A stretch of 64,000 nucleotides of DNA from Amphiscolops sp. MND2022 (taxonomy: Eukaryota). Position 1 is the first letter of the stretch. Each line of letters starts with the position of its first letter. Below are positions 51,388-63,925 of this stretch, piece after piece. Made by a program: the position numbers and the translations under genes. The notes under the pieces are model-generated. The model was given only the letters and a program-made list of their open reading frames with translations. It was not told the origin of the DNA and did not search any database. The DNA lies in NCBI GenBank assembly GCA_964187785.1, contig OZ076409.1:35032001-35096000 (forward strand). The letters are read 5' to 3'.

Positions 51388-52823
51388 TGTCTACAACAAG
51401 AAGCCAAAAGAGAAAGAATGCCCAGCGGGAAGCTGATGATAATGTAAGTGAAGGCTTCGTTTCACCGATAAATATGGAAAATTCCCATCCTTTAGACCAA
51501 AACGTAGAATTAGCAGGTCCTTCGATACCCAAGTCCCCAAGAGTAGAAAATAGTTTCCTGGAAAGTATAAGGTCCTCCCTGAAGGAAGACATAACGTCTG
51601 AGATTAAGACCTTTTTGCTCGAGTCGCAAAAGGAAATGTTGAAACTCTTGAAACCTGAAACGATAGAAAACATAAGAGATCATGTATCGGAAGAATTAGA
51701 GAATGAAACGAGAAGTTTCTATACTCCAACGAAAACAGTGCGAATTAATTCTACCCAAAACGAAGATCAGAACATAATTCGTAACATGGTGACAGGAGTT
51801 TTGAGCGACTCCACCAATCAACCCAAGAGAACGAAGAGTATAACTCAGAGCCAACCCCCGTCAAAAGAACGCCCAGCAGTAACGCGAACTTTGTTCGCCC
51901 CAGACCAAAGTAACACCACGATGCTACCCATGCCAAAAGCTCTAACGGCGTCACTCCCAACTTTTGACGGGAAATCCGAAAAATTCGAGCTCTTTGAAGA
52001 TCTCTTTAGGAAAATATCAAAATGTATCCGCACCTTACGGAAATACAAAAGATAAACTACTTCCACTCCCTACTCCGGGGAGACGCCTTACAAGCTTTTT
52101 GCAACATTGGAGACTCGAAGAAAGACTCACTAGACGAGATTATAACGATATTCAAACGACAATTTGGGGACTATCTGTCGATGGCAAAGGCTAGATGCGA
52201 ATGGGACGCGCTAAAATTTGACCCCTCGACACAAAAACTCCACGAAATCCTGGATGTACTACAGAAAACTGCAAAAGAAGCTTTCGGAACAGAGGCACAG
52301 CAGTTCATAGACAAGGCTATATACGCCAAAATGCCAGACCACGTCAAGAAAATACTAAACCGCGCATACCTCGAAGACAAACCCTATAACGATATAGTGC
52401 TTCACCTGGAGAGGGAAATGCGTCTCAATGGGAGCGCCAGACGAGGTAACGTTAGTGCCCTTAAACAAAATCGAACCTGCCCAAACAAAAACTGAACCCA
52501 AACCAGCTGAAACTACCGCTCAAACCACTAAAAAAGGGTACTGCTTCTATTGCAATAAATTTGGACACCATAAAGCTGAATGTCGTAAAATGAAGAGAGA
52601 CAAATGGATGCAAACCCGAAGAAACAACGGACCAACCAACCACAGTGCAGGCAAACCACCCAAATGCGATGCCTGCGGCAAACCCCACAAAACGGAGGAT
52701 TGTTGGAACGGAGCCAATGCTGCCAACGATCCACGACCTAAGCGTCACAACACACAAGAAAGTAAAAGGGACACCTCCGTCACACAATTAACAAACCAAC
52801 CCGATGGTGAATCAAAAAACTAA
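51388..52823 (+). pseudogene. gag: gag (two frameshifts)
   Basis: MSTTRSQKRK start; LPTFDGKSEKFELFEDLF; knuckles CFYCNKFGHHKAEC and CDACGKPHKTEDC; split over ORFs 51234, 52022 and 52428. Confidence 0.85.
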
Positions 52824-52866
52824 TTACGCCGCGCCTGCGCTTTGGGGAAACAGTAGACGCGAGGGC
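52814..52866 (+). promoter_or_regulatory. Programmed -1 ribosomal frameshift signal (gag-pol)
   Basis: A_AAA_AAC in the gag frame just before the gag TAA; the -1 frame is open into ORF 52892; downstream stem CGCGCCTGC/GTAGACGCG whose loop GCTTT can pair with the following AGGGC. Confidence 0.75.
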
Positions 52867-55800
52867 ATATTCTCCACAAGATCCTCCAACAATGTATACC
52901 AACGACACGACAGTAGAGTGCTCCGGCACTCCATCAGAAGCCTGGCTGAGACAACAAGCAATCGCCTCTATGAAACGACACCCGCCACAAGAGGATCAAA
53001 AAACAACACCTCCAAAAGATCAGGATTATAGACACGATTGCCGAATTCACGAAGAACCACCCTCTCAACCAACCATCACCACCAAGGAACCCGCTGCTCA
53101 GACCCAAAGAAACCCAGTTGAAAACGTCCACGACGTCCGCACTTTGTCACAAATGTCTGAGGAAGATACTCACGACCCTACCAGGTCACCTATCTTCCAC
53201 GACAACTTCCCCACCTTCCTCAACTCAATTAAAAAATACGTAACTGAAAAAGATAATAACACTTATATACCACTCCACTCAACAATAGTCCTTAAGAACA
53301 GAAGAAGAATGCTTTACTTGCCACTGGAATTTGGAGAATTAACAATGGACGGCCTTGTCGACTCAGGAGCGTTCATCAATGCCATGTCATGGTCCGATTA
53401 CAACGCCATTAAAATGAACAGCGATAATTGTGTCATAAAGGAGTACCCACAACCTCCTTTCAAGATTGAATGTGCAAACGCACAACTAGAGCAACCTATC
53501 GCCACTGCAGACATTCAATTCAATATCGGAACATACACGTTCACTGACACCTTTGTCATACTATCAAAGACGTCATTCCCCATAATCGGACTCAACTTCA
53601 TGAGAAACCACCAAGCAGTGATAGATACAGCCAATGGGACCATCACCTTCCCTCACGTCGAAATGACATTAGCCATGACAGATAAAAAGAAAAACTGTAA
53701 CCCCAAACCACTCCAAATTATGGCTGAAGGACATCAGACGTTGCCACCACAACAAACAACAACCGTTAATGCAATAGTCATAACCACCAATACAATCGAC
53801 ATCACAGGGGCAGTACAACCGCTCCCGCAGTTCGATGAAACAGCCACCATCATCGTTGCACCAGCACTAGCCACAGCTCACAGCAAACGAATCAACCTCC
53901 GAATAGCCAACTTGACAGATTTCCCGCACACCATAAAAAACCACACCAAATTGGCAGAATTACAAATCCTGAGGCCAGAGGACACCAAACAAATACGACC
54001 TGTAGACGTCGCAACGCTGACCACCTTACAAGATCCAGATAACACGCACATGTATGTAAATGAGCTCATGAAATCCTCAAACGATGAACAAAACGACGAA
54101 AACCTCTGGTTCCCAACACCCGAAAACCCGGGAATTGAAGATGAACACACGCCAATACAAAGACGAATATTAAAAAATCAGAGAACTCATAAAGAAAGAA
54201 CAACTTGATCCCACCAAAGATCCAGAATCAAGGAAAGTGTTCCTCGACATGTTCAAATGGGAAGGATCACAGATTGAGGGAACCGACAAGAAACAGCTGG
54301 AGCAAACGATAGTTGAATACAACGACATCTTTGCGCGTCACAGACTCGACATTGGCATCAATAATAGCTTCAAAGTAAAACTGACGCCAAAAGACGAACG
54401 ACCCATATATACACAGAGCCTGCCAGTGCCGATCAACCTCAAGGAAGACCTAACAGTCGAACTGGCACTCATGCATAGGTATGGCATAATCACGACATTA
54501 CCATTTTCAAAATATGCCAGCCCGATTTTTGCACAACGCAAACCAAACGGTAAACTACGTTTACTGGTCGACCTGCGAAAAATCAACGCACTGATATCTG
54601 ACGATTACATCAACAACAACCACCCAGTCAGCACCCTGTCAGACGCAGCCCAACACTTAGCTGGGAAAAGGCTGTTCTGTAAACTAGATTGCTCTCAAGC
54701 ATACCACTGTCTGCAAATGGCTGACCAGAGATCAATCGAAATGCTGGCATTCAACTTCGCAAGCAGAACGTTTGCATATAAACGCCTGGCACAAGGACTG
54801 AGCAGAGCATTGTCAGCATTCTCTAGCTTCATGAGAGAATACTTGGACAAAGTAATCAAAGCTGACCAGTGCGCGCAATATGTGGACGACATTGGAGTAG
54901 CCGCCAGCTCCGTGACGCAACTGATACGGAACATTCGAGCTGTCTTCGAATGCATCAGACAAGCAGGACTTAAACTATCTATCGACAAATGCCATTTTGG
55001 AGTGACTGAAGTTGAATTCCTTGGAAGAACAATCACTCCGCAAGGAATTGCCCCCCAAGACCATAAAATACAAAAATTCTTGGCAAATGTACGATTTCCG
55101 AAATCAAAAAAACAAGTACAAAGATACATCGGCTTTGTCAATTATTATCGCAACTACACCCCGCGATTATCTGAAAAATTACTCGGATTCTATGAGCTAC
55201 TGAAAGCAGATAAACAGATCAAAATCACTGAAGAACTACTCGACCATTACAAGGCGATCAACGCAGCGCTGTCGCAAGCCTGCGGGTTGGCTCTCAAACA
55301 ACCAATTACAGGACGACAATACGTCCTAATGACGGATGCCAACTTTCGAGCTTCTGGCTATGCATTAATGATCGAAGAGGACAATGACAAAAAAATCAAT
55401 TCCAAAAAGAAAACGTTTGCCCCAGTCGCATTCGGATCGAAAGTATTTTCCCCAGCTCAACTGAAAATGTCTATCTATTGCAAAGAATTCTTGGCAATTT
55501 ATCATGCCTTCCTAGAATACAGTCACATCCTATGGGAAGCAACCCTATCGACCCTAGTAATGACAGACAACAGATCAGTAACAAGATTTTTTCAAACAAA
55601 AGCGATTCCACCCACACTATGGAACGCGTGCGGCTACGTTCTACAATTCAATTTCCATATCATGCACGTAGCAGGAACGCAAAATACTGCGGCAGACTTC
55701 CTCTCAAGAATTGACCTCAATCCCAAGGAACGAGTCGAACTGAAGATCCGCGATGACATCACAATACGACCGATACAAGCCAACCTCCAATCGACAGACG

Positions 55801-57755
55801 TCGCAAATGAGGAACAACTATTTTTCCTTCCCGATGAGACCATCGAAACTGAAGAAGAAATCCTACTACGGAAAGAACAAGCTAGACAAAACGCGCACGA
55901 TGAAGCGCCGGCGAAATTAAAAATGGCCATCCAGGAAACCACCCCAATACCAATAAACAAAGCTTCATATACCTTTGGCGCAATTAAAAAAGATGCACGC
56001 ATTAGAGTCGAACAAGATTCAAACTTAGTCTTCAAGGCAATCAAAAGGAAACTGATTCGCGAAGAATACGACAAACATCTTCTACAAACTGACCCGACAG
56101 CCAAACGTCTTCTAGTCCACGAAAACAGACTAATAGTCAAAGATGGCATCCTAATGCGTAAATATTACGGTAAATGTGGCCAAGTTACGCACCATCAAAT
56201 ACTCATCCCTGAACACTTGATCACAGAACTTCTGAAAGCAATCCACGGACAAATGGGAAAACACCCAGGAATCACAAAAATGATCCAAGAGTGTAGATCT
56301 AAATACTACTACCCAGGACTAGCGAAACGCATCAAACAATGGGTACAACAATGTGAAGACTGCATCAGATATAAACGAATCAGTAACGCTCAAATCAAAC
56401 CAAAAATGATCAACAACACAGAACACGTCCTAGGTCCGGAAGACATCCTAGAGATTGACATACTACCTAACCTACCAAACTCCGCAGGATACCAGAATAT
56501 CGTCACAATGATAGACGTGTTTTCGCGATATCTATTTGCCTACCCAACACAGAACGCCACAGCGAGGACGATTGGCCGATGTTTTATCGATGTCATGACA
56601 AGGCACACATATCTGCCGACATTAATCCTATCGGATAAAGGCTCCCAATTCCGATCAGAAGTTATTGCAGAAATAATGCAAATACTGGAAATACAAATCA
56701 GTCATTTTTCCACTAAACACGCCCAAACAATCGGAATATTGGAAAGAACTCACGCCTCAATCAAAACGGCACTAAAAATATCGACGGGCGAACGACGCTC
56801 AATGTGGCATAATTATGTCCAAATGGCAGTGATGAACTATAACACAACCTATCATGAAACGCTAGGCTGCGAACCTTCCACAGTATTCCATGGACGAACA
56901 CCGTACAATATAGTGGACCTAAAATTGGGCATCAGACCAAAATGGAAAACTTCATCTAATTCCGACCTAGTCGAACAACTACAAAAACAGATAGACGAAG
57001 TGCGTGCGACGGCAAAGGACAATATTATGTTGTCTTATCTCAAATACAAAAAGTACTATGACCGCAAAGCATCTGAAGCCCCACTGAAAATAAACGATTA
57101 TTGCTACATACTCAACCCGAAAGCCGACAGGCAATCGAAAAAATTCGCATTCCAAGACTGCATTTGGACAGGACCGTATGTAGTGATAAAGGTACTTTCA
57201 AATAACAACTATACGATCCGAAAAATCGGCACGAGATACACACAAACGCTACATCGGATTAGAATACGCCCTTACATGCCAGAACAACGACTGCCTGACG
57301 TCACAGTACGGACAAACGAATATCTTCCAGATCCGGACGTCAAAGTGTCGCACAACGAATGGTACGCTGTATCGTGGGAAATGGATTTTGGCAAACAAAT
57401 AGACGAACACGAAGCGACAATAAGTGCAGAAAACAATCAGCAAATAATCACACAAGAAGTGGCGAACACGGATGACGACACGATGACGCAACAATTATCA
57501 GACAATCCAAATGACGACACACATGACGTGGCATCGACGGCTCCAGATTTTTCAAACCTCACTACTGACATAGGGGATAATCCAAATATACGACGTCCCC
57601 CACCCACTGAAAGTCCACCTATTCCCCCAAAATCACCGCCTACAGTTGTCGGTTATAATCCGAGGAAAACAGCAAAATCCAATTTACGACCTAACCCTAA
57701 ACCTAACGCTAATCCTGACTTCAGAAGACTTGACGCTATCACTACGACTCAATAG
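52820..57755 (+). CDS. pol: pol: protease, dUTPase-like spacer, RT, RNase H, integrase (one frameshift at ~54175)
   Basis: LVDSGA (PR); LRLLVDLRKIN, KLDCSQAY, YVDDI (RT); TDANF, CKEFLAI (RH); HGQMGKHPG..CEDC, IDIL, SDKGSQF, GILER (IN), WTGPY. Confidence 0.92.
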
Positions 57756-57994
57756 AATAGCAAATATCAGGAGTCCAGACCGAACCGATCTGACTATTTT
57801 CAATTCATGGCATACTACGACCATTCTTCTTTCTCCTTTGATTGCCAATGTTTTGATTCTCCAAAACAAACTATTTTTAATCAGGAGAATAATATCTAAC
57901 AAACTGATAAGAACAAAATAACAAAAACGCCCGAAGACGCAAAGAAATTATACAAAGAATCAACAAACAGTTTACAAATCAGCAACGGCAAATT

Positions 57995-60900
57995 CTATTG
58001 TTTCTTTGTTGCGGCATCAGAACTCTTCCGAGTGGCCCTCTTCGCAGGCAATTTAGATGAACTAGCAGCTCGCTTCGACTCAGCCTCAGTGTTTTTCTTT
58101 CGACCCAATAATGAGCCAACACTGCTATATAAATGCCCCTTTTCAGGAGTTGTAACGACAGAAGAACCCACAACAGATGATGATGGACTCTCCGAACATG
58201 ACACAGTTGACACGTCGCCCCCATCAGCAGCTAGCATTTTCGCTCCCGCTTATTGGCATGACGCAGAGCAGAACACGACTCCCCCTTCTTGCGACTAAGG
58301 AAGGCTTTAAACAACTCCCGATATCGTGCAACAAATGACTCCTGACCACCGCAGCAGATACGCTCCCAAGGATCATCGGAAGCCAAGTTCATGAAGTCCT
58401 GAGACCCATTTATAGCATTTCGGACGCTATCCATCGTATGCTTCGTAAAGAAGGCTTTCTGCTTGTAATTTGATGACAAAACACAACTCTGCACTCCACG
58501 AATACACGAAGTAACAGTCCAATACGGCACAGCATAACCCGAAAGGTCAATGTCCACGTCAGGGTGTTTCTGCCGAGGTTTCAGGACAACTAGACAGCAC
58601 AATTCAAACACCCGGCACAGGTTTTTGCGGGCCAGAAATGAGTAAACTCCCAGCAGATAAGAGACGACATCAGGAATATTCTCAGCGACCTCATCACTGG
58701 CGGCATGACGACCTCGGACGTCCACAACAAATATACGGAACTCTTCAACAGCTGACTTGCACTCTACGTTCGAAATAACCCCACAACGCTCCAAACGTCA
58801 AGCCAATCGGTTAAACAAGTCAAATAAATGCTTGTCATCCCCTTCCAACAGGAGTTCGGGGCAGAAACAATACAAGCCACTCGTAAATCCAGACGACGCT
58901 GCCTGTTGTGCCAAGATCAGTTCCACAAAACGATCGATAAATTCACGACAACGATCTTGAAAGTCACGACCTTCACTCCCTTTAAATTCACGCAGCACAG
59001 CACCGAAATCAAAGTTTTGCAAGAATTCGGCTGTTGGTATTCCGTCATACTGAGACAACTTGGACACGTCCATATACTCTTCCCATGCATTGACATTTGG
59101 CAGCGACGAAACACGACGACTCCGTGACAACAGACAATACACTAGTTGACATAGTTCCATATTAGCATGGAAGCCATAATCTGCGCGTCTTTGCTGCTGC
59201 TTCTTGAAACAAACTGCGTCTAAACACATCAACTCTACTACATCTGCTTTCAACTAAACGAGACGAAACACAGACGACAACTTACAAAGTTCTAGGACAT
59301 GTTTGAGCAGACCCAGACAGAACACATTCGTATTCTCGGAGAAAACCAGCCAGTCCACACCTCGCATCTGAAACAAACCCAACTACATCAAATCTCACTA
59401 TCAAAACAACCCAACTTTGCCAACCCCAGAAGACCCTAAAGAAGAAAACAAAAAGAGGTAAGGATACAACCAACAAAAGAAAAAAAACACAAAAACTTAC
59501 TCTGTCAGTAGAACTCTTCAGGTGCCGAGCCCCAGTGTAGCGAACATACTCTTTGATGAATTTCCACACAAGAATCAGCTCCGTGACGAAGCCACACAAG
59601 TCAGCAAAGGGTTCCCGCCCAGCGACAACACAACGACGAACGACAGTCACGTCTTCCATCCACGGCTCTTGGAGTGCCCCACGCAGACGTAACAACAAAA
59701 AGTCAACCATTGAAGTCACCTCGAGCATGCAGAAGACCTCTTGATGAGCCTCACGGAAACATTGCAGAAAGGCCTCCTCAGAGAACTCCTGACCCAAAAC
59801 GAACTGCCGACCATCAACTCGATTGTCATTAAGTACGCGCAACAAAGACGCACTCCCTCCTTGACACGACATGGGCAATTGGCACGACACAATACTGTCA
59901 ACCACACGAGACAAACCAGCCAGCTCTGAGTTGGGGACTTTCTGTCCAGACGCCTCAACATGGACACAGACACAAAACAGCTCATGCTTATCCCAAGTCT
60001 GTACATAACAGCTATGCGACGTCCCATCATCTACGAAAAACACACTGTAGTCGCGGAAAGCAGCCACGCGTGCGATCATTGATCGAAGTACACGAGGGAA
60101 TAGGGCTTGGCAGATCAGCGACTAAAACAACAAATTACCAACGCTCAACACACGGAAATCCCAATACCTACAGACTCATTCAAACACAAGAATTTGCTTC
60201 AAGCCAACGATACAACTACGATACACCCCCCCCTACAAAAGCATGATAAAGCATACAAAAATACTAACCAACGACTCTTCTCGACTCCACTTTAGACTAT
60301 ACAGAGGATTTTCCGGCCCCAAAGTAGCACGAAAACAGCCCCACAACTTTCTCAATAAAGTATAGCTGCCACCACTGCGCAGGAGTTCCAGCACACAATT
60401 CACTAATGTCAACAAGGGAACCGATGAATCGACCTGAGTGCAAGCTGGCAACAGATCTTCCGGGAAGCTGAATGCTTCGGCTTTCCCCTTGCAGGGACGA
60501 CTTCGATAATCCTGCAATTGCGCATCTGCCAGCTCCATTGGATCCAGCAGCCGATTGAACACAGGCAAATTATTTTGAACGCGATAAGTGACGTCCAACT
60601 GCCAATGCCGCTTGCCAAAGAAGTGTCGACTAAATTCCAATGAACCACGGGACTCCATTGAAACGTCACGGTGACAAATCATGCAGAAGAAATGTTTGTC
60701 ACAGCCAGTACTGGACCCGCTGACAAACAGCTGATAGATAGGGTTATCGCCTATCATGTCGCGACGAAGACGTTTCCGCATACTGTACACTCGTTTTCGT
60801 TGCCGCTGAGGTGACGAAATCTCCTCTAAACAGGCCTCGACACGACTCACGAGCTCCTAAAACCCTACAAACACAAAACTTCCTTTAATCAAAAGAAACC

Positions 60901-62100
60901 ACGTCGTACGTGGACCACCAGCATGCAACCCCAAGGTCACGACGCGGGATATAAAACTACCCAAAATTTCCCTCAACTCAACCACTAACAGAGAGGATGA
61001 ACAAGACAAAAACTCACAATTGAAACTACTCCAATACAACAATACTCACGAGCAACAAAAGGCTCCACTGTCCGACTCTCCAATTCAGAAGCCACAATCT
61101 CTCCCAATCTAGCAGCCTGCTGTGGCGTACAAGGCAAGGATGCATCAGGAACAGCCTCATCATCAGACGTCTCAAGCTGGAAATCACTCCGCTGCAGTAC
61201 TGTTCCAGTCTTGTCCACCCGACGTTGTTTAGAAGTCGACTGGACCATCGCATCATCACTGGGTGACACCACAGTAACTACAAACACAACACCCAAAGCC
61301 CAAATACAAAGAACGTCACTGTGATACCACCCCACCCAAATACTCATACACTATAAAAACTATCAATCTGCACACAAGAACTTACCATGTTTAATGATAG
61401 GCGATGCAGACTGACTCCCAAATGTTCGCTCAAACCCAGGCAAATATGCAGTAAATCGTGGGGAAGGTGTTTGCTGGGCACAGTTTTTCCTGGCCGGGGG
61501 AGGAGGAGCCTCACCTACGTGAGTCGGTAAAGTACAGACACCGACAATAGGAAACTTGGGTGATGCCAGCCTCGTTGTTTCTTCAGGAGCCCCAGTAACT
61601 TTATCCTCGACTCTGCCAGAAATCAATTTAGACAAAGGGACATCAAGATCATCTTGCGGTGACGCAGGTGGATCGAGCATCCCAGAAACAGTCTCTAAAG
61701 GAACAATCGTACCACTCTCTAGGGGTATAACCCCAACGGAAGAAAGATCAGCTAGTAGTGGAACAGTTTCAAGACCAGAAAGAGTGTGAAGGGAGGTAGG
61801 AGTGACGTGAGCAGCACCCTCTAGGGAAGAAACAAGAACCGCTCCTGGCACTAATACGAATTCCCACATTCGACGCGTCAGAAAAACTAAGCTATGAAAA
61901 TACAAAACAGAAAAGGCCTATCTGTCAAAAGTATATTTCATGAAAGCTTAAAGGAAAGTAGGGATAGCAAACTAACCAGGTGCCGGCCGGACAACTCGAT
62001 TATCAGTCTCACTGTCACGAATATCTCCTTCCGAAAATGCAAACTGCGTCTCGTTACCACTCACAGCTACTGAATCAATACGACCACGGGACGTAGACAT
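57995..62100 (-). CDS. Spliced antisense accessory gene inside the Gypsy element, unknown function, C2H2 zinc finger; this copy mildly disrupted
   Basis: Chain of minus-strand ORFs joined by GT-AG introns 61976-61851, 61385-61278, 61049-60985 and 60268-60122 with compatible phases; further gtaagt donors at 59500 and 59285; CMICHRDVSMESRGSLEFSRHFFGKRH finger. Confidence 0.7.
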
Positions 62101-62149
62101 TGCAAAGCGATGAATCTGAAAAGTCAGAGGTGAAAACAACAACCGAAAA

Positions 62150-62385
62150 TCTGATGTCATCAAAACGGTGACAAAACATAAAGTTGGCCAATAACCAACG
62201 AAAATGGCGTCGACAAAAAGGTTATCAGGGTTAAGAAATTAATCCTATTTCCTAAAATGACGTCATCAAAACGGTGACAATATCAGAAGTTAGCTAAGCT
62301 AACGAAATGACGTCAGCATAACGTTGACAAATTTGGCTAGATGAATTATTTTAATTTGCAGCCAACAAAAACTCGACGTCGTCAT
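62150..62385. promoter_or_regulatory. Candidate bidirectional promoter with repeated CRE-like motifs
   Basis: TGACGTCA at 62258 and 62308 and TGATGTCA at 62152, within a ~23-bp unit repeated three times, lying between divergent ATGs at 62100 (-) and 62534 (+). Confidence 0.4.
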
Positions 62386-62533
62386 AGCGACAACAATAAA
62401 GTCTGAAAAGGATTAAAATGATTGTTTAACCAATCCCGGGAGGGATTTATCCCGATATTCGCCTTAATCCCAAATAATCCTAAATTCATTGTGGAACAAA
62501 CAAAACGAAGAAATCAGTTGATAAAGAAAGAAG

Positions 62534-63292
62534 ATGAGCAATCTCCTTGACATTTTTGAATTAATCGACATATCATCGTCAAGTGAGGAAGAAGGTGAAA
62601 TCGAAAGAGCATCCACCCCGCTACCAAGAGACAGTCAGGTGAACCCCAGGATAATCATTGAAATTCCCCACTCGTCAGCAGAGGCGACGGCAGACGATGA
62701 AGAATACCTCGAGTTGTCAATAGACTCATTGGAAACTGACTGTAAAAGAATAAAGCTGAGCGATTCTTATACCAGTTTTGAATCGGTGGAATCTGGGGAG
62801 TATCCTCATTCAACTGACTCTGAAGAAGCACCAGCCGACTCCCCTGAAAGCCATGATGAACAACAAAAAGGGGAAGATAACAGCAGCCTAAATTCTGGAG
62901 TGTTCGTTGTGGAAGGACATTACGCCCACAGCTCTAAATCAGTAACGAGCACGACCGTTGCGGACTATTTAGAATATGTTGCCCGAGAGGATGCAAGTTC
63001 TTTTTTCGTCACTCCCCCAGGACCATTGAGAAGGGTAAATCTTCGACCGATAAGCCCACTGAACGACCTAGAAGAAAGAGGGACAGCAGCAACAAGTTCT
63101 AAAAGGAATAACAACTACGAACAGTTCCAGCATCAGCTGTTCCAGTTCTGCCAACCCGGGAGAGCTTTTCGCCCCATGACAGTGGCCCTGTCACAGTCCG
63201 CTCCCGGACTGGATTGCGGCTGTAGACGAGTAGGATACGGACGTGGACACGGCTGTACAGCAAAATTGGCAAACAGGTATTTCAGATACTGA
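62534..63292 (+). CDS. Acidic Ser/Glu-rich 252-aa accessory ORF ending inside the 3' LTR
   Basis: Uninterrupted ATG-started ORF; its last ~34 codons lie within the LTR. Confidence 0.55.
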   Translation: MSNLLDIFELIDISSSSEEEGEIERASTPLPRDSQVNPRIIIEIPHSSAEATADDEEYLELSIDSLETDCKRIKLSDSYTSFESVESGEYPHSTDSEEAPADSPESHDEQQKGEDNSSLNSGVFVVEGHYAHSSKSVTSTTVADYLEYVAREDASSFFVTPPGPLRRVNLRPISPLNDLEERGTAATSSKRNNNYEQFQHQLFQFCQPGRAFRPMTVALSQSAPGLDCGCRRVGYGRGHGCTAKLANRYFRY

Positions 63293-63925
63293 CTCAAACT
63301 GTAAGTAATGATTAAGATAAACTGTGACTGAAAATGAAAATACGTCTAGTGCGCGCAAATCTAAAAATGAAAATGGAAACAGAGAAACACTTAGCCAAAA
63401 TGATTTCACACATTTCCGGTAGGACGTTTCCATAACGCTGAATTAAATATTTTCCACCTGAAAATAAAATTAAAAGATGTCTTAGGAAAAGATCATAGAC
63501 TAAGCTAAACAAGAATACAGGCACAAATTATCTTCAAACAGAGTACATTAGCTGGATCTAAAGTGGAAAAACACTTTGAAATATATGTAGAGAGATTACG
63601 CCTTGTCAAAAAAAGGATATTTAATTGCGTTTGAACAGCAATTAAAGTGGTTTAGGACGCACAAATTGCGCAAAGCAAACAATACGGCAGTGAGAATTTG
63701 GCTACATGTATATTTGTTGTCTATAGGACGCAGACAAGTTTTGAAGGTATACTAAGTGACGTCACTGCCTCGTCTATGCATACCAAAACTCATTCCAATT
63801 ATCCGACTATATCAACCACTATGCTAGAAAATCATTCCGATTTACCGCCAGCGTGACGTCACAATACTAGTAACTAGCTGTTAACTTGTCTCGAGATATG
63901 CGTCAACGATGCGGCAAACTTGGCA
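63189..63925 (+). repeat. 3' LTR
   Basis: Matches 49695-50431. Confidence 0.9.

Larger units (their letters stand above)
49695..63925 (+). mobile_element. 14.2-kb Ty3/Gypsy-type LTR retroelement with accessory genes
   Basis: 737-bp direct repeats TGTCA...TGGCA at 49695-50431 and 63189-63925 (5 substitutions seen); gag, PR, RT, RH, IN in Gypsy order; ~5.4 kb of extra sequence between pol and the 3' repeat. Confidence 0.93.
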
